Made by a program: the position numbers and the translations under genes. A DNA stretch of 61,840 nt, counting the filler, from Stramenopiles sp. TOSAG23-3 (lineage: Eukaryota): the NCBI GenBank assembly GCA_900128585.1. It is 13 parts of 13 records of this genome, joined end to end, with 100 filler letters (N's around TTAATTAATTAA, not from the genome) between each part and the next. Parts side by side here need not be neighbours in the genome. Positions count along the whole stretch, not along the records: positions 9,569 to 14,247 come from LT643737.1; positions 14,348 to 19,023 come from LT643738.1; positions 19,124 to 23,795 come from LT643739.1; 10 more parts are not named here. One strand, 5' to 3'. Positions 12,617 to 23,103 of this stretch are shown piece after piece. A model generated the notes under the pieces. That model searched no databases. It was not told where the DNA came from and saw only the letters and a list, made by a program, of their open reading frames with translations. How positions within the stretch are numbered: the stretch's first letter is position 1; the number at the start of each line of letters is the position of its first letter.

Positions 12617-14176
12617 CTATTTATGAACGACTGACTGGAATACTTCCACCATTTTTTCAAGAAAGGGAAGCTTTATTGATTTTTCTACTTCACATTTCCA
12701 TGTTTCTTCAGAAAGATCATGTAAATCTGTTTTGACAATCACATCATTGCAAAGTGCACGGTACATTTGATCCAAGTTCACTTTGTCCATGGATGCAATT
12801 TTCTTAATGCAGCTACATACGCCTTGTCTGACGATATTGATTCCTTTCTCTCCTACATCATACCCCGTATTTCGAGCAATAAAATCGCGAACACAAAGGA
12901 GCGAGCCATCTTCGTGATTAATCGCGCAGTTTCCTCGTTCTTTAGCATAGGCTAGTAGCTCTGGGATCTGAGCAACAATATGAGAAACCCCAGGTTGAAA
13001 ATGTGCAATTCGAATACAAGATTCTGCCAGTAAATCGCTGATTCCGTACGCTTCTTTCAATTCCTCTTTAAGCCACGCGTTAGCTTCTGGAAGTTTGTCA
13101 ACCTTTGCTGAATTATCTTTTCGGAATCCTAAACAGGCGGAAGCCCAAGCTCTTGCGCTTTTAATATAATTGCGGTACAGCCATGCCGTTTTATTCTGAC
13201 TTTTCAAATTAGCATCGTTTCCCCAAGCAACTTCGTCCTCAATATCATCCTCATACTGGGTTTGAAAAGTAGTCACCACCGAATCAATACCGATAAGCTG
13301 CCCATTTCGTCCTCCTCCACTGCAAAACAATAGATTTTCAGCATTGCCTACATTCCTGTGTAACGCTGGCACGCGATCGTTATTATTTATAAATACATCA
13401 AACGCAATTAATTCTCCGAGTTGGTGAAGCCGCTTGGCTCCCATATCAGTGCCAGGATGCAATTTCATTTCAGCTTTCTTCCTTGCCATTCCTTTCAATG
13501 ATTCTGCATTTTGAACCAGTTCGATTATTGAAATAAACTTTTTTTGTCTCCACGACCATAATTTCATTTGGACATCACAAACGAAATCGTAATTATCAGC
13601 TTGAACCAATTCAGAAAGGTTGCTAAAAATTAACCTCGTCTCTGCCGTCGTTGCGATCCGTTGCTTTGCAACCGGTATGCCCAAATGAACAGCAAGCTGC
13701 TCGGCGAACACTTCTCCGACTGGCTCTCCATCGCCAGCTTTCAAAACAAAACTTCCAGATTTTGTTTTGGCAAACAAGACACCCTTAGAACCGGTAGGAG
13801 ATTGGGCTACGCTGTACAATGTTTCCCACACGGGCAAATTCAAATCCCCAGGTATCCCTTCAAAAATAATTTCCTCAGTCTCTGTACTAACGCCTGAAAA
13901 TTTCTCCTTAAGTTTGCTTTCTCCAGCTTCTGTCAAAAACTCCCTTACGTACTTCGCAAGCAAACTTCGCGACAAACTATCTCCACAAGATTTCAGGTTA
14001 GAATTTTTTACTTTTTTTGAGGTCGTCAATGTTTCTAAGTATGCCCCGTCAACGCCCTGGGAGATAACGCCCTCTGCATATTCGCCGAGATGCTTGTCGT
14101 TTAGAATAGAAGCAACTTGTGTGACGGACAAAGAGGACAAGTAAGATCCCGCTTTTTCTGTCACAATTGACGCCAT
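12617..14176 (-). CDS. SAM-like domain plus actin-fragmin kinase (AFK)-type catalytic domain
   Basis: N-terminal LSVTQVASIL...LGEYAEGVISQGVDGAYL is SAM-like. GSKGVLF, FVLK, EVFAEQLA, LGELIAFDVFINNNDRVP, GNAENLL and GIDS match AFK catalytic motifs. First ATG is at 14176. Confidence 0.75.
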   Translation of the reverse strand: MASIVTEKAGSYLSSLSVTQVASILNDKHLGEYAEGVISQGVDGAYLETLTTSKKVKNSNLKSCGDSLSRSLLAKYVREFLTEAGESKLKEKFSGVSTETEEIIFEGIPGDLNLPVWETLYSVAQSPTGSKGVLFAKTKSGSFVLKAGDGEPVGEVFAEQLAVHLGIPVAKQRIATTAETRLIFSNLSELVQADNYDFVCDVQMKLWSWRQKKFISIIELVQNAESLKGMARKKAEMKLHPGTDMGAKRLHQLGELIAFDVFINNNDRVPALHRNVGNAENLLFCSGGGRNGQLIGIDSVVTTFQTQYEDDIEDEVAWGNDANLKSQNKTAWLYRNYIKSARAWASACLGFRKDNSAKVDKLPEANAWLKEELKEAYGISDLLAESCIRIAHFQPGVSHIVAQIPELLAYAKERGNCAINHEDGSLLCVRDFIARNTGYDVGEKGINIVRQGVCSCIKKIASMDKVNLDQMYRALCNDVIVKTDLHDLSEETWKCEVEKSIKLPFLEKMVEVFQSVVHK

Positions 14177-14347
14177 TGTTTTCAAAAATATATAATATAT
14201 CTACAAGTGTTTTCTTGGTAAAGAATGTCTTTTGTCTTTCAGTTCTTNNNNNNNNNNNNNNNNNNNNNNNNNNNNNNNNNNNNNNNNNNNNTTAATTAAT
14301 TAANNNNNNNNNNNNNNNNNNNNNNNNNNNNNNNNNNNNNNNNNNNN

Positions 14348-14652
14348 AAGGGGTGAGCTCCCCCAAAGTGAATAGTAAAGGAGAGGCGTGCGCCTTTGTC
14401 GCCGTGAAAAAAGAAGCGAAGGCAAAAAAGCAAGTGTCAGACGACGACGGGGAGACCATGATTATAGTGTGCGATGGGTGTGGAATCGATTGCACTGAAA
14501 AATCATGGTACCACGAGAGAACCAAATCAGATTACTGCACAAATTGCCGGGGCAGAAAGAAAACGGTGTTGCAGCGTAATGGCGTCACTGTAGCGGAATC
14601 GAAAGCAAACGGTAGCAGGAAGAGAAAGGACGTGTCAACAAGGCTGGTGTGA
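14348..14652 (+). CDS. 3' fragment of a protein with a ZZ-type zinc-finger-like motif
   Basis: IVCDGCGIDC...WYH...DYCTNC. The frame is open to the contig start. Confidence 0.55.
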
Positions 14653-15328
14653 ATGAAGCAGCGTCAGTAAATGAGGACACCCAGGCTTCTTGCAAAAAGT
14701 TTGCGGGCAGGTGGTATGGTACAGGTACAGAATTTAATTAAACTTCACCTCAATAATCAAGAAATAAACGAATTTGGAATGCCCAATATAACACTTCAGA
14801 ATATTAGACAGTATCTTAAATAACAGCGCGCCATAATGTTATTTTGTTTAAACATATACACTATAAAACAAGAAAAATTGGCTGTTATTTTATAGTTTGG
14901 GGAGGATCTGCAATAGGAGGAGACATTGTTCTTGAGCTGACACCTTCTTTTTTTTCTTTAATTTTAATTTTATCATACTATAAAATAACAACAGCCAATT
15001 TTTCTTGTTTTTATTTTATTAGTGTAATTAAAATTAAAGAAAAAAGGTGTGTTGTATTATATAATTTTGTTTTTTTTTTATTTTGTTTATGATGATGATG
15101 AATGATGATATGATGTAATTTAAAGTAGATAAACTGAATAAATTTTGGTTTTTATGGTATGTCCTGTTGTGGGAAAATTTGACTAGTGTGACGATATATA
15201 TGTTCGAACGAGTAAAAAACATATTTTCGTAAAATATTTTTTTAAGTGTTTGGTGTCGTATAGGGTACTTGATTTGTTTTCCCCAGCTCCATATTCAAAT
15301 TAATCCCTCTGTTTTTGCAAGTGCTCCT

Positions 15329-16108
15329 TTACTCTTCTTCCGCCGGCTCCTCGTACTTGCTTTCATATTTTTCTTGGATAGGTTCGTCCGACTTCTCAGC
15401 TCGAGCAATATCGTTTGGATTAGAAGACGCTTTCTGGTAGTCACCGCCTTGCCATACGAGGTTAACGGCGTCTTCTTCCTCTGCGTCCTCCTTTACAATC
15501 TCAACGTACTCTCCATTTTGCTGGTTCCCGTTTTTGAAGTAGAACAGCCCCTTTCCAAACGGATTGTTGTTTTTGAACTTTCCGTGCCATGAAGTACCGT
15601 CCTTGTGAATCCAGCGCCCTTCTGTCATCGTGCCTTTCTGCCACGAGCCTACTAGCTGGCTATTGTTTGCGCCGAACAAGTACGTTCCTGCGCCATTCTT
15701 TTGTCCATTGGTCCACTGGCCACTGTAAACATCGCCATTTTTATACTTGTAGCTCCCTTCACCTTGTGCAAGATTGTTCGCCCACTGCCCGTAGTAAACG
15801 TCGCCGTTGGGGTAGGACATTTGTCCTGTGCCATGCTTCTTTCCGTTCAAGAACTCGCCCATGTACACGTGAACCGGAGCATCTGTCTTCCCTTCCCCTT
15901 CCTCTTCTTCGTCCTCCGCTTGTGGAGGGGCATAGGTGTACTTTCCTAGTCCGTGGCGTTCTTTCAGGTCGTTGTATTGACCTTCGTACACGTCCCCGTT
16001 TGGGTACGTGACCTTGCATTTTCCTGCACGCGCAAGCCACTCCGTCGTCTCTTGCTCGCCATCCAAGAACTCGTATACGGTCTTGGCTACTTCTTCTTCG
16101 TCCCCCAT
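15329..16108 (-). CDS. RSPH1: MORN-repeat protein, radial spoke head protein 1-like
   Basis: Tandem MORN repeats (YPNGDVYEGQY, HGTGQMSYPNGDVYYGQW, YKNGDVYSGQW), acidic insertions, and size typical of RSPH1. Confidence 0.7.
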   Translation of the reverse strand: MGDEEEVAKTVYEFLDGEQETTEWLARAGKCKVTYPNGDVYEGQYNDLKERHGLGKYTYAPPQAEDEEEEGEGKTDAPVHVYMGEFLNGKKHGTGQMSYPNGDVYYGQWANNLAQGEGSYKYKNGDVYSGQWTNGQKNGAGTYLFGANNSQLVGSWQKGTMTEGRWIHKDGTSWHGKFKNNNPFGKGLFYFKNGNQQNGEYVEIVKEDAEEEDAVNLVWQGGDYQKASSNPNDIARAEKSDEPIQEKYESKYEEPAEEE

Positions 16109-17279
16109 GTTAATGTAAATTGATAGAAAATGTGTATTATTAAACTTAAGTTTGACTACAATGCCTACGCAATGATATGTATCTGATGATAAAATTATTT
16201 GCGTTTCTTCCCTACTTTTCTTTCCTCGCTTTCTTCCTCCCTAAAATTTCGTTAAACCATAAATAACCAAACGAACTCGCTTGTTTCTTCTCTCACAATT
16301 GTAGTAATATATAGATAGGTACACATACTGTGTAAAATGAGATTTTTTTAAATGATTATATTTTTAATAGAATTGTTTTTTTGTAATACTATTCATATGT
16401 AAATATTTACAGACAGTAAGTATAACGAATAATGTCATAAATATAATTAATAAATAAATAATAAAAAATACAAGAACAACACACAATAGATAATAATTAA
16501 AAAAAAAAGAAAGCAACGGTAAAAATGAAAAAGAAAAATATTATTTACCAAGTAGTAGTAAGGTAGTATAATATAAGCTCTTAATAGCAAGCAAAGAAAA
16601 TTACACCTGAAACTGTCGGAGGAATAGAATATTAAAAGTATAGAAGACTATACCGTCGTAAATTATCTACTCGAGCTAGGTAGGGAGGGGGCTAGGGATT
16701 AGATTTTAATAAGGGGCGCAACAACAACAAAAAAAAGGGGCTTTGCTAATCACCTGCTATGAATTAGATAGGCACTAATATTAAGTTAGTATGTATATAG
16801 TCTATTAAGTACGAGGAGTATAAGTTTGTACTTTGAAAGAAAGGATGTACTAGTACTTTCTATGCGGATTCACTTCAGATCCGCCCCTTTTTTTGTTAGA
16901 GGTAGTTAAGTAGTTATATTTGGTAGGATTGGGAATTAAATTACCTATTGGTTAATGATGTGTAACTGTTAAAAACATCATGAGTGACTAAAAGGCTAAA
17001 AGGGCTGTGATCAAGCCCATTTTCACAGAATGTTATTAAAACTTTGCTTTCCTATATACTTTGGTGGTTTTTTATGCATAGATTGCTACCCCAATACTAC
17101 AGGAACACGGAACTCCTGCGATTTTACTCTATATGTGCATTTGAAAATCGGCTCTAGGGATTGCGTTTATATTTTCAGAGGCAGAGAAACTGTGTCAGTC
17201 TGACCCTCCGCCGGCCAATTAGCCGCGAGGCACGCCTGTCATAAATTGAAATATTTAGAACTTCTGGGAAGGGTGTTTT

Positions 17280-18452
17280 TCACTCCCTCCCCTTTTTCTT
17301 CCTCCTCTCCTTCGCTGGGGTTCTACCAATGAGAAGATACGAGGGAATCATAACATGGTTTGGGGGGGTGCTGCTTCCACTGACTTTCCCGTTTATCACA
17401 CTTTTCCTATTAACTAATGGATTTCCAATCGTGCGGCGGACGAAAAAGCGATGTACACGTAGCGTTTCTACGCCCAAAAGGGCAAACGCAGAAAGTACTT
17501 GATCTTTCCAGCAGGCGTTCATTTTCCTCGCTTCTCGATCCTCTCCGTTTCCCGCAGGTGGGAGCGCCACATCGATCTCCGCAACAACAATATAACCCTG
17601 TCCCCTGCAAATTCGAATAAAATTTCTGATCAGCGTTTCGTAATCATGTGCATCAACCCTTCGTAGAGAAAAACTCGACACAATGGCATCATATACCCCG
17701 TCCAGGTCCGCCCCATCCTTAGACGCCAGCGGCAGCGCTTTCACAGACGACCCCACGCTGTTGGCCACGATTCTTTCCCGAAACCTAATTACGTACTCCG
17801 GCACTGCGTCCCCTCCGACGACAGAGGCGGCCCCGAATTTTTCAGTCGACACCACCGCCATCGTACACGCAGTCAGCCCAGTGCCACAGCCAAACTCAAA
17901 AACACGAAACGAACTTTCCCACCACGATTCGTTGAACAAGATGTTCAGAAGCTTTATCAAAAACGAGGCGTTGCTCTCCTCATAGCCCTCTTTCGTGAAG
18001 TCGCTCAACTTCAACAGTGTTGCGCTGTCGTCGCAGCACATAGGGCTGTCGCCCGTTTCTATCGCGCTGCCTCGTGCACCAACTATTAGCGAGTCCGGGA
18101 TTTCTAAAAAGTCGAACACACACTTTAACTGCAACAAATACTTGTTTTCAAAAACGTTTGTGAGCCAACCCTCCAACTTGGCTTGTCGCGACGCTATGAA
18201 CTGCGGGTCCATCCGGCCAAAAACTTTTTTCCCGGGCAGGGGTGGAACTTTCACCGGAGTCTTTGAAGTCTCAAACAGGGGCAACACCTGGCACATTGTG
18301 TGATACAAAGCAGCAAAATCACGGTATCTTCTAAAGACTTGATGAGATACCCCCCCTACAAAGACATTTACTACATACTCGGTGTGATTCTCGACGCGCC
18401 TACTGCCCAAAATATTCGCCGAGACCTCGTTTGTAGAAGGGAACATAGCCAT
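17280..18452 (-). CDS. PX domain fused to a class I SAM-dependent methyltransferase domain
   Basis: HTEYVV...VFRRYRDFAALY...PPLPGKKVFG...FIASRQAKLEGWL is a PX domain. FEFGCGTGL (motif I), GGDAVP and YDAIVSSFSL are methyltransferase motifs. Confidence 0.8.
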   Translation of the reverse strand: MAMFPSTNEVSANILGSRRVENHTEYVVNVFVGGVSHQVFRRYRDFAALYHTMCQVLPLFETSKTPVKVPPLPGKKVFGRMDPQFIASRQAKLEGWLTNVFENKYLLQLKCVFDFLEIPDSLIVGARGSAIETGDSPMCCDDSATLLKLSDFTKEGYEESNASFLIKLLNILFNESWWESSFRVFEFGCGTGLTACTMAVVSTEKFGAASVVGGDAVPEYVIRFRERIVANSVGSSVKALPLASKDGADLDGVYDAIVSSFSLRRVDAHDYETLIRNFIRICRGQGYIVVAEIDVALPPAGNGEDREARKMNACWKDQVLSAFALLGVETLRVHRFFVRRTIGNPLVNRKSVINGKVSGSSTPPNHVMIPSYLLIGRTPAKERRKKKGRE

Positions 18453-19638
18453 GGTCCACAGGAAAGGAAGAGGAGGAGGAGACCACCGTGGCTCCTTTAA
18501 AACTTCGCCTTCAAACTCTTGTTTTTTATTATTCGAAATAAGTATTCGCCCGGTGTCTCACTAGTGGAAAACTAAGGTAAGCTTTAAAATAAATTTCGTT
18601 TTGACTTTTTGTCAATAGTTCGTAGTAAAAACACCACACCTTCGAATCTTAATTTAATGACATGGTCGGTGGTGTTAATATTATAGTATTATATATTATT
18701 TATATATTTATTTATTACTTTTTTTTTGAAATCGATCATGCTAGACCGACTAAACAACGCTCTCTTTATACCAGGTAGTTGTGGGAAGTATAAGTTAGAA
18801 GATGCAATACATTAGACTATTAATAATTATAATTAAACAGATAGGAGGTATCTGGTATTTAATACTTTGTAGTGCCTCTTTATTGGACAATGCATCCTCC
18901 ATAGTCCGCATCGCATGGTGCGGTCAAAAAAGGTCTTTTTTGGTACGTACTACCGTACTGTAAAAAAGGTTTGAGTACGAAAGAATCGTCTCTCCTACCG
19001 TACGTACGATCATAGTCCTAATANNNNNNNNNNNNNNNNNNNNNNNNNNNNNNNNNNNNNNNNNNNNTTAATTAATTAANNNNNNNNNNNNNNNNNNNNN
19101 NNNNNNNNNNNNNNNNNNNNNNNAGAAGAAGAAGAAGAAGAAGAAGAAGAAGAAGAAGAAGAAGAAGAAGAAGAAGAAGAAGAAGAAGAAGAGGAAGAGG
19201 AAAAAAGAAGAAAAAAGAAGATGATAAAAGAAGAAGAAGAAGAAGAAAGAAGAAAAAAGAAGAAGAGCAATAATAAAATAATAATAAAATAAAATAAAAA
19301 AGAAGAAGAAGGAATGAAAGAAAAAAGAAAGAAAGATGTCTCTAGTACAGATTGATGATCAGATCAATAAGTTATCTACAATAGATACAATCACTAGGCC
19401 AGATGTCACGAGTGATGGATAAAGAAAAAGAAATCGGATATACAGGCGAAATACGCACATGTATTGTTAAAATTGTTTTACGAATTTTATACGTATTAAA
19501 TACCCACTCGGATATTTAGTAAGTATATACGTACGTCTCCATCTCTCGCGCGGAAGGAAAGACCGACTGGATTGGCAAGGAACTTGTTTATATATATATA
19601 TATATATATATTAATTTCTCAACGCGTTTAGTGAAAGC

Positions 19639-20988
19639 ATGTCCGCATTTGGAGGTCAAGGTTTTGGGGGCGGGGGGAATGCCTTCGGTGGTGGAGGAGG
19701 GGGTGGGAACTCGTTTGGGGGAGGGGGCGGTCAGCGGAAGAAAAACAACCGCGGTAGAGGAGGTGGGAGTCGGGGACGGGGACGGGGGCGCGGGCGCGGG
19801 CGCGGAGGCAAGAACAGCAACCGGGGAGGGTTCAACAACAACCGGGGGGGGTTCAACAACAACGGCTTTGGGGGAGGGAATAATAACGGGTTCGGCGGCA
19901 ACAGCAACGGGTTCGGAGGCAACAACAGGGGCCGCGGGGGGGGGCGCGGGGGAGGCCGTGGGGGGCGTGGAGGAGGCCGCGGGGGACAAGGGGGGCAGAA
20001 AAAGAAAACTATGCCCGCGTGCTTCAAGCAACTCCCGCAGACCCCGGCGTCAAAAGCAGCCGTGAGGGCAGTGGTATTTAGTGGGGGAAAGGTGTTCACG
20101 GCCGGGGCCGACAACACCATAAAAATATGGGAGTTCCAGCAAAACAACATGAAACCTGTGCACTCGGTCACGGCCCCAGGCGACGTCTGGTGCATGGATG
20201 TGTGCCAAGGGGTCTTCCTGTTCGCAGGGTGCCAGACGAGCGAGGGCGGCCTGGTCAAGGCCTGGAACATGACGTCCGGGCAAGAGTACGAACTGCGTTT
20301 GAACCCCCAAACGCCCAGCCACCTGGAACGGGTGTACGCCCTTGCGGCGAATGCGACCTCCGGGATACTGTTTTCCGGCGGGGGGCGCGTGAACATCGAC
20401 GAGGGCTCCGACCCCGTGATCCGGGTGTGGAGCCTGGACGGGAACGCCTTCAAGTGCGTGTCGGAAATGAAAGGGCACCGCGCGGGCATAAAAGTACTAA
20501 AATTCATTGCAAACGACCAGCTGCTCGTGTCCGGGTCTTTTGACGGGTGCATTGGGGTCTGGAACGCATCGAATGGGCAGATGATCGGGTCGATCACCCA
20601 AGCCCACCAGTACCAGATGTACGCCATTACCAGCGCGACGGTGTCCGGGAGCGAGTACGTCTTCACCGCAGGGAACGGGTCCAATATTAACGTCTACCAG
20701 CTCCAGCAGGACGGGTCGTTGCAGCAAGCCATGGTCCACAGCACGAAAATGCCGAAGGGGGGATCGATATTCTCCATGACGGTCGTGGCGGACAAGGCCG
20801 GGGTCCCACATTTAATTTGTGGCCAAAATTCTGGGCACGTGATGGTGATGTCCCTACCGAATATGGAAGGGAAAGGGCTCTGGCGCCCGCACCAGGCTGA
20901 AGTGAATTGCATGGCGTCGTGGCCAGAAAACCACGCTTTCTTTCTGGCCTCCTTCGACAACCGGTTTAGTTGCTACTACTACAAATGA
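19639..20988 (+). CDS. Gly/Arg (RGG)-rich N-terminus plus WD40 beta-propeller
   Basis: About 120 aa of RGG/GGF/NNN low complexity, then WD repeats FTAGADNTIKIW, GHRAGIKVL...VSGSFDGCIGVW and LASFDN. Confidence 0.85.
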   Translation: MSAFGGQGFGGGGNAFGGGGGGGNSFGGGGGQRKKNNRGRGGGSRGRGRGRGRGRGGKNSNRGGFNNNRGGFNNNGFGGGNNNGFGGNSNGFGGNNRGRGGGRGGGRGGRGGGRGGQGGQKKKTMPACFKQLPQTPASKAAVRAVVFSGGKVFTAGADNTIKIWEFQQNNMKPVHSVTAPGDVWCMDVCQGVFLFAGCQTSEGGLVKAWNMTSGQEYELRLNPQTPSHLERVYALAANATSGILFSGGGRVNIDEGSDPVIRVWSLDGNAFKCVSEMKGHRAGIKVLKFIANDQLLVSGSFDGCIGVWNASNGQMIGSITQAHQYQMYAITSATVSGSEYVFTAGNGSNINVYQLQQDGSLQQAMVHSTKMPKGGSIFSMTVVADKAGVPHLICGQNSGHVMVMSLPNMEGKGLWRPHQAEVNCMASWPENHAFFLASFDNRFSCYYYK

Positions 20989-21012
20989 GCCCGGTTGGGC
21001 TGCCGCGGGGGG

Positions 21013-21260
21013 NNNNNNNNNNNNNNNNNNNNNNNNNNNNNNNNNNNNNNNNNNNNNNNNNNNNNNNNNNNNNNNNNNNNNNNNNNNNNNNNNNNNNNNN
21101 NNNNNNNNNNNNNNNNNNNNNNNNNNNNNNNNNNNNNNNNNNNNNNNNNNNNNNNNNNNNNNNNNNNNNNNNNNNNNNNNNNNNNNNNNNNNNNNNNNNN
21201 NNNNNNNNNNNNNNNNNNNNNNNNNNNNNNNNNNNNNNNNNNNNNNNNNNNNNNNNNNNN
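21013..21260. other. Internal scaffold gap (N-run with no linker)
   Basis: N-run following a G-run, lacking TTAATTAATTAA. Confidence 0.9.
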
Positions 21261-21261
21261 N

Positions 21262-21301
21262 AATCAAATACTACTTCAAATCCAACCCTAATCCTATCTC
21301 G
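21262..21301 (+). repeat. Dispersed non-coding repeat, module B (TACTTCAAATCCAACCCTAATCCTATCTCG)
   Basis: The 30 nt at 21272-21301 are identical to 23766-23795. Degenerate copies near 2876-2925, 57071-57085 and 638-658. Confidence 0.75.
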
Positions 21302-21417
21302 ATTTTTTAATTTGATTTTTTATAATTTCGTTTCGTCGTTCATACAAGTTTAATATGCGAAAAATAATAAACAAAAACAAAAAAAGTAATATGTTTTTTT
21401 AGACCCCTTCCACTCAC

Positions 21418-23103
21418 TCACCAGCTCCTTTCTCTCTGTTTTTTTGCCCGAAGCTTTTGCTGTTCTACCGCCTTCATCTTTGCAAGCATCTCGTTGTTTT
21501 CTTTGACCTGCTGTTCTGCCCATTTCTTCTTATCCTCGTATCCTTGTATGTGAAGTCGGTGGGCCATCTTCCAGGACTCCTCCTTCCGTTTCAAATCATG
21601 TTGGGGGAGCCAGTATCGAATTTCTTTCATTCCTCCCCATTTGACGGCGGTGTACAGCTCACGATAGCGCGGCTGCAGCAGAAGAATTGGGGCAAAATTG
21701 TCCCATGCTGGAAATTGGGGGTCGATTAGGTTCACCAAGCTTTCGCGCTCTCTGGATGTCAGTCCGTCGTCGCCCAAGAGCCCTTCTTCTTTGGCGCGAA
21801 GCCGTTTCTTTTTCCTGCGTTCGATCTCTTCGGGCTTCAGAATGGTCGTGTCTTGCAGTTCGCCGAGGTGGCGCGTGCTTGTCCTAACGCTCGACCGTCG
21901 CTTTGCAATGCTCTTCCCCAACTGGCTAGAGAAGAGGCATACCCGTTCGTCGTCGGGTCGGCTCGCCCACCATTCCGTCGTTCGCGGCTCAACTCGCGAC
22001 AAAGCCTCCGCCATGGCGGCGTCCCCGCACACGTGCTTCCAAACGCGCGATATGGACATCTCGTCGTCCACGCCCACGTACCCTATAATTCTAAACGCCC
22101 CCCGCTTTCCGACCCCTATTGGCAAGCAGTACGGCATGAGCTCCATTTCCTTTCTCCCCGGAAAATTGATAATATCCTGTTTTTCTGCGACGTCTTCAAG
22201 GACTTTGATGAGTCGTCTACGATGGTGCACTGGCATCTCAATCATGGACAAAAGCTCTGCCTTTTTGGACTTTGTCAGGCCATGGAAGGCGCGGCCGCCG
22301 ATCTTCGCGTCTTTTACCCGCTTGCAGTAGTCATGGACGTTGTCCTCCATCCCGTTCAACTCTTCGCTCGTTGCAAGGAACAGCGCGACCTCCTCGGCGC
22401 TCCACAAGGAGTAATGCTTCAACAGTCGCTTCCCCTCTTCACCAAGCAACGGCTCGAAAGGCCCGGACCATATTTCTTTCCGCATCCAAGGCGGGAAAGA
22501 CGTTCTATCGCGACCCTTCGCGCCCAGTGTCGGGGCGCGTTTGTACGCCGCATCGTCTTCAAGCAGCTTAGCCTTCCGATCCTCTTCCTCTTCGCCCAGG
22601 ATCCCCCCTTCCATCTCTTGAACGCCAACGTTCCAGCGCCGTGCCGCCTCGGCAATGATCTCTAGCGTCTTCCAGTGCTTCCTTTCGTTTGCGTAGTACA
22701 CAGCAGTTCGGTTCTCCTCGTCCTTGAGAAGCGGGTTGGCCCCGTGGCGAAGCAAGACCTTGGCCTTTTCTTCGTTTCCGTTCATCGCCGCCCAGTGTAG
22801 GGGTGTGCGCTTCGCCTTGTCCACCGCATCCAACGTCGAAATGGCCCCACAACGCAGCAGCATGGCCGTCGTCTCGCCGTCTTTTGCGTAGTGAAGAGGC
22901 GTTTCCTTTCGTATGTTGCGTCGGTTGGCATCCGTCCGCGATAACGTCACCATCATGATCTTGTCAGTGTCCCCTTGCCTTGCAGCCTCCCAGATTGTCG
23001 TTGGTATCGCGCGCCAATCCTGTCCAATCTCGAGCTGGGTCATCCGAAAGCCACGCTCTTCCATTGTCGCCGTCATGTCATCCTCATCGTACGACATGAC
23101 CAC
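21418..23103 (-). CDS. Ankyrin-repeat protein with a SAM-like domain
   Basis: ETPLHYA and RTPLHWAAMNGNEEKAKVLLRHGANP are ankyrin repeats. WSAEEVALFL...KIGGRAF...HHRRRLIK is SAM-like. Confidence 0.8.
   Translation of the reverse strand: MVMSYDEDDMTATMEERGFRMTQLEIGQDWRAIPTTIWEAARQGDTDKIMMVTLSRTDANRRNIRKETPLHYAKDGETTAMLLRCGAISTLDAVDKAKRTPLHWAAMNGNEEKAKVLLRHGANPLLKDEENRTAVYYANERKHWKTLEIIAEAARRWNVGVQEMEGGILGEEEEDRKAKLLEDDAAYKRAPTLGAKGRDRTSFPPWMRKEIWSGPFEPLLGEEGKRLLKHYSLWSAEEVALFLATSEELNGMEDNVHDYCKRVKDAKIGGRAFHGLTKSKKAELLSMIEMPVHHRRRLIKVLEDVAEKQDIINFPGRKEMELMPYCLPIGVGKRGAFRIIGYVGVDDEMSISRVWKHVCGDAAMAEALSRVEPRTTEWWASRPDDERVCLFSSQLGKSIAKRRSSVRTSTRHLGELQDTTILKPEEIERRKKKRLRAKEEGLLGDDGLTSRERESLVNLIDPQFPAWDNFAPILLLQPRYRELYTAVKWGGMKEIRYWLPQHDLKRKEESWKMAHRLHIQGYEDKKKWAEQQVKENNEMLAKMKAVEQQKLRAKKQRERSW

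Noticed and set aside
16726-16897. Short inverted repeat (AACA8GGGG / CCCCT7GTT) with a GCGGAT/ATCCGC hairpin before a T-run
   Set aside because: Mostly homopolymer-driven and single-copy, so not enough for an ncRNA or MITE call.
17190-17245. SECIS-like ATGA...AA...GA downstream of the PX-methyltransferase TGA stop (minus strand)
   Set aside because: The spacing from ATGA to AA is too long and the stem pairing is poor.
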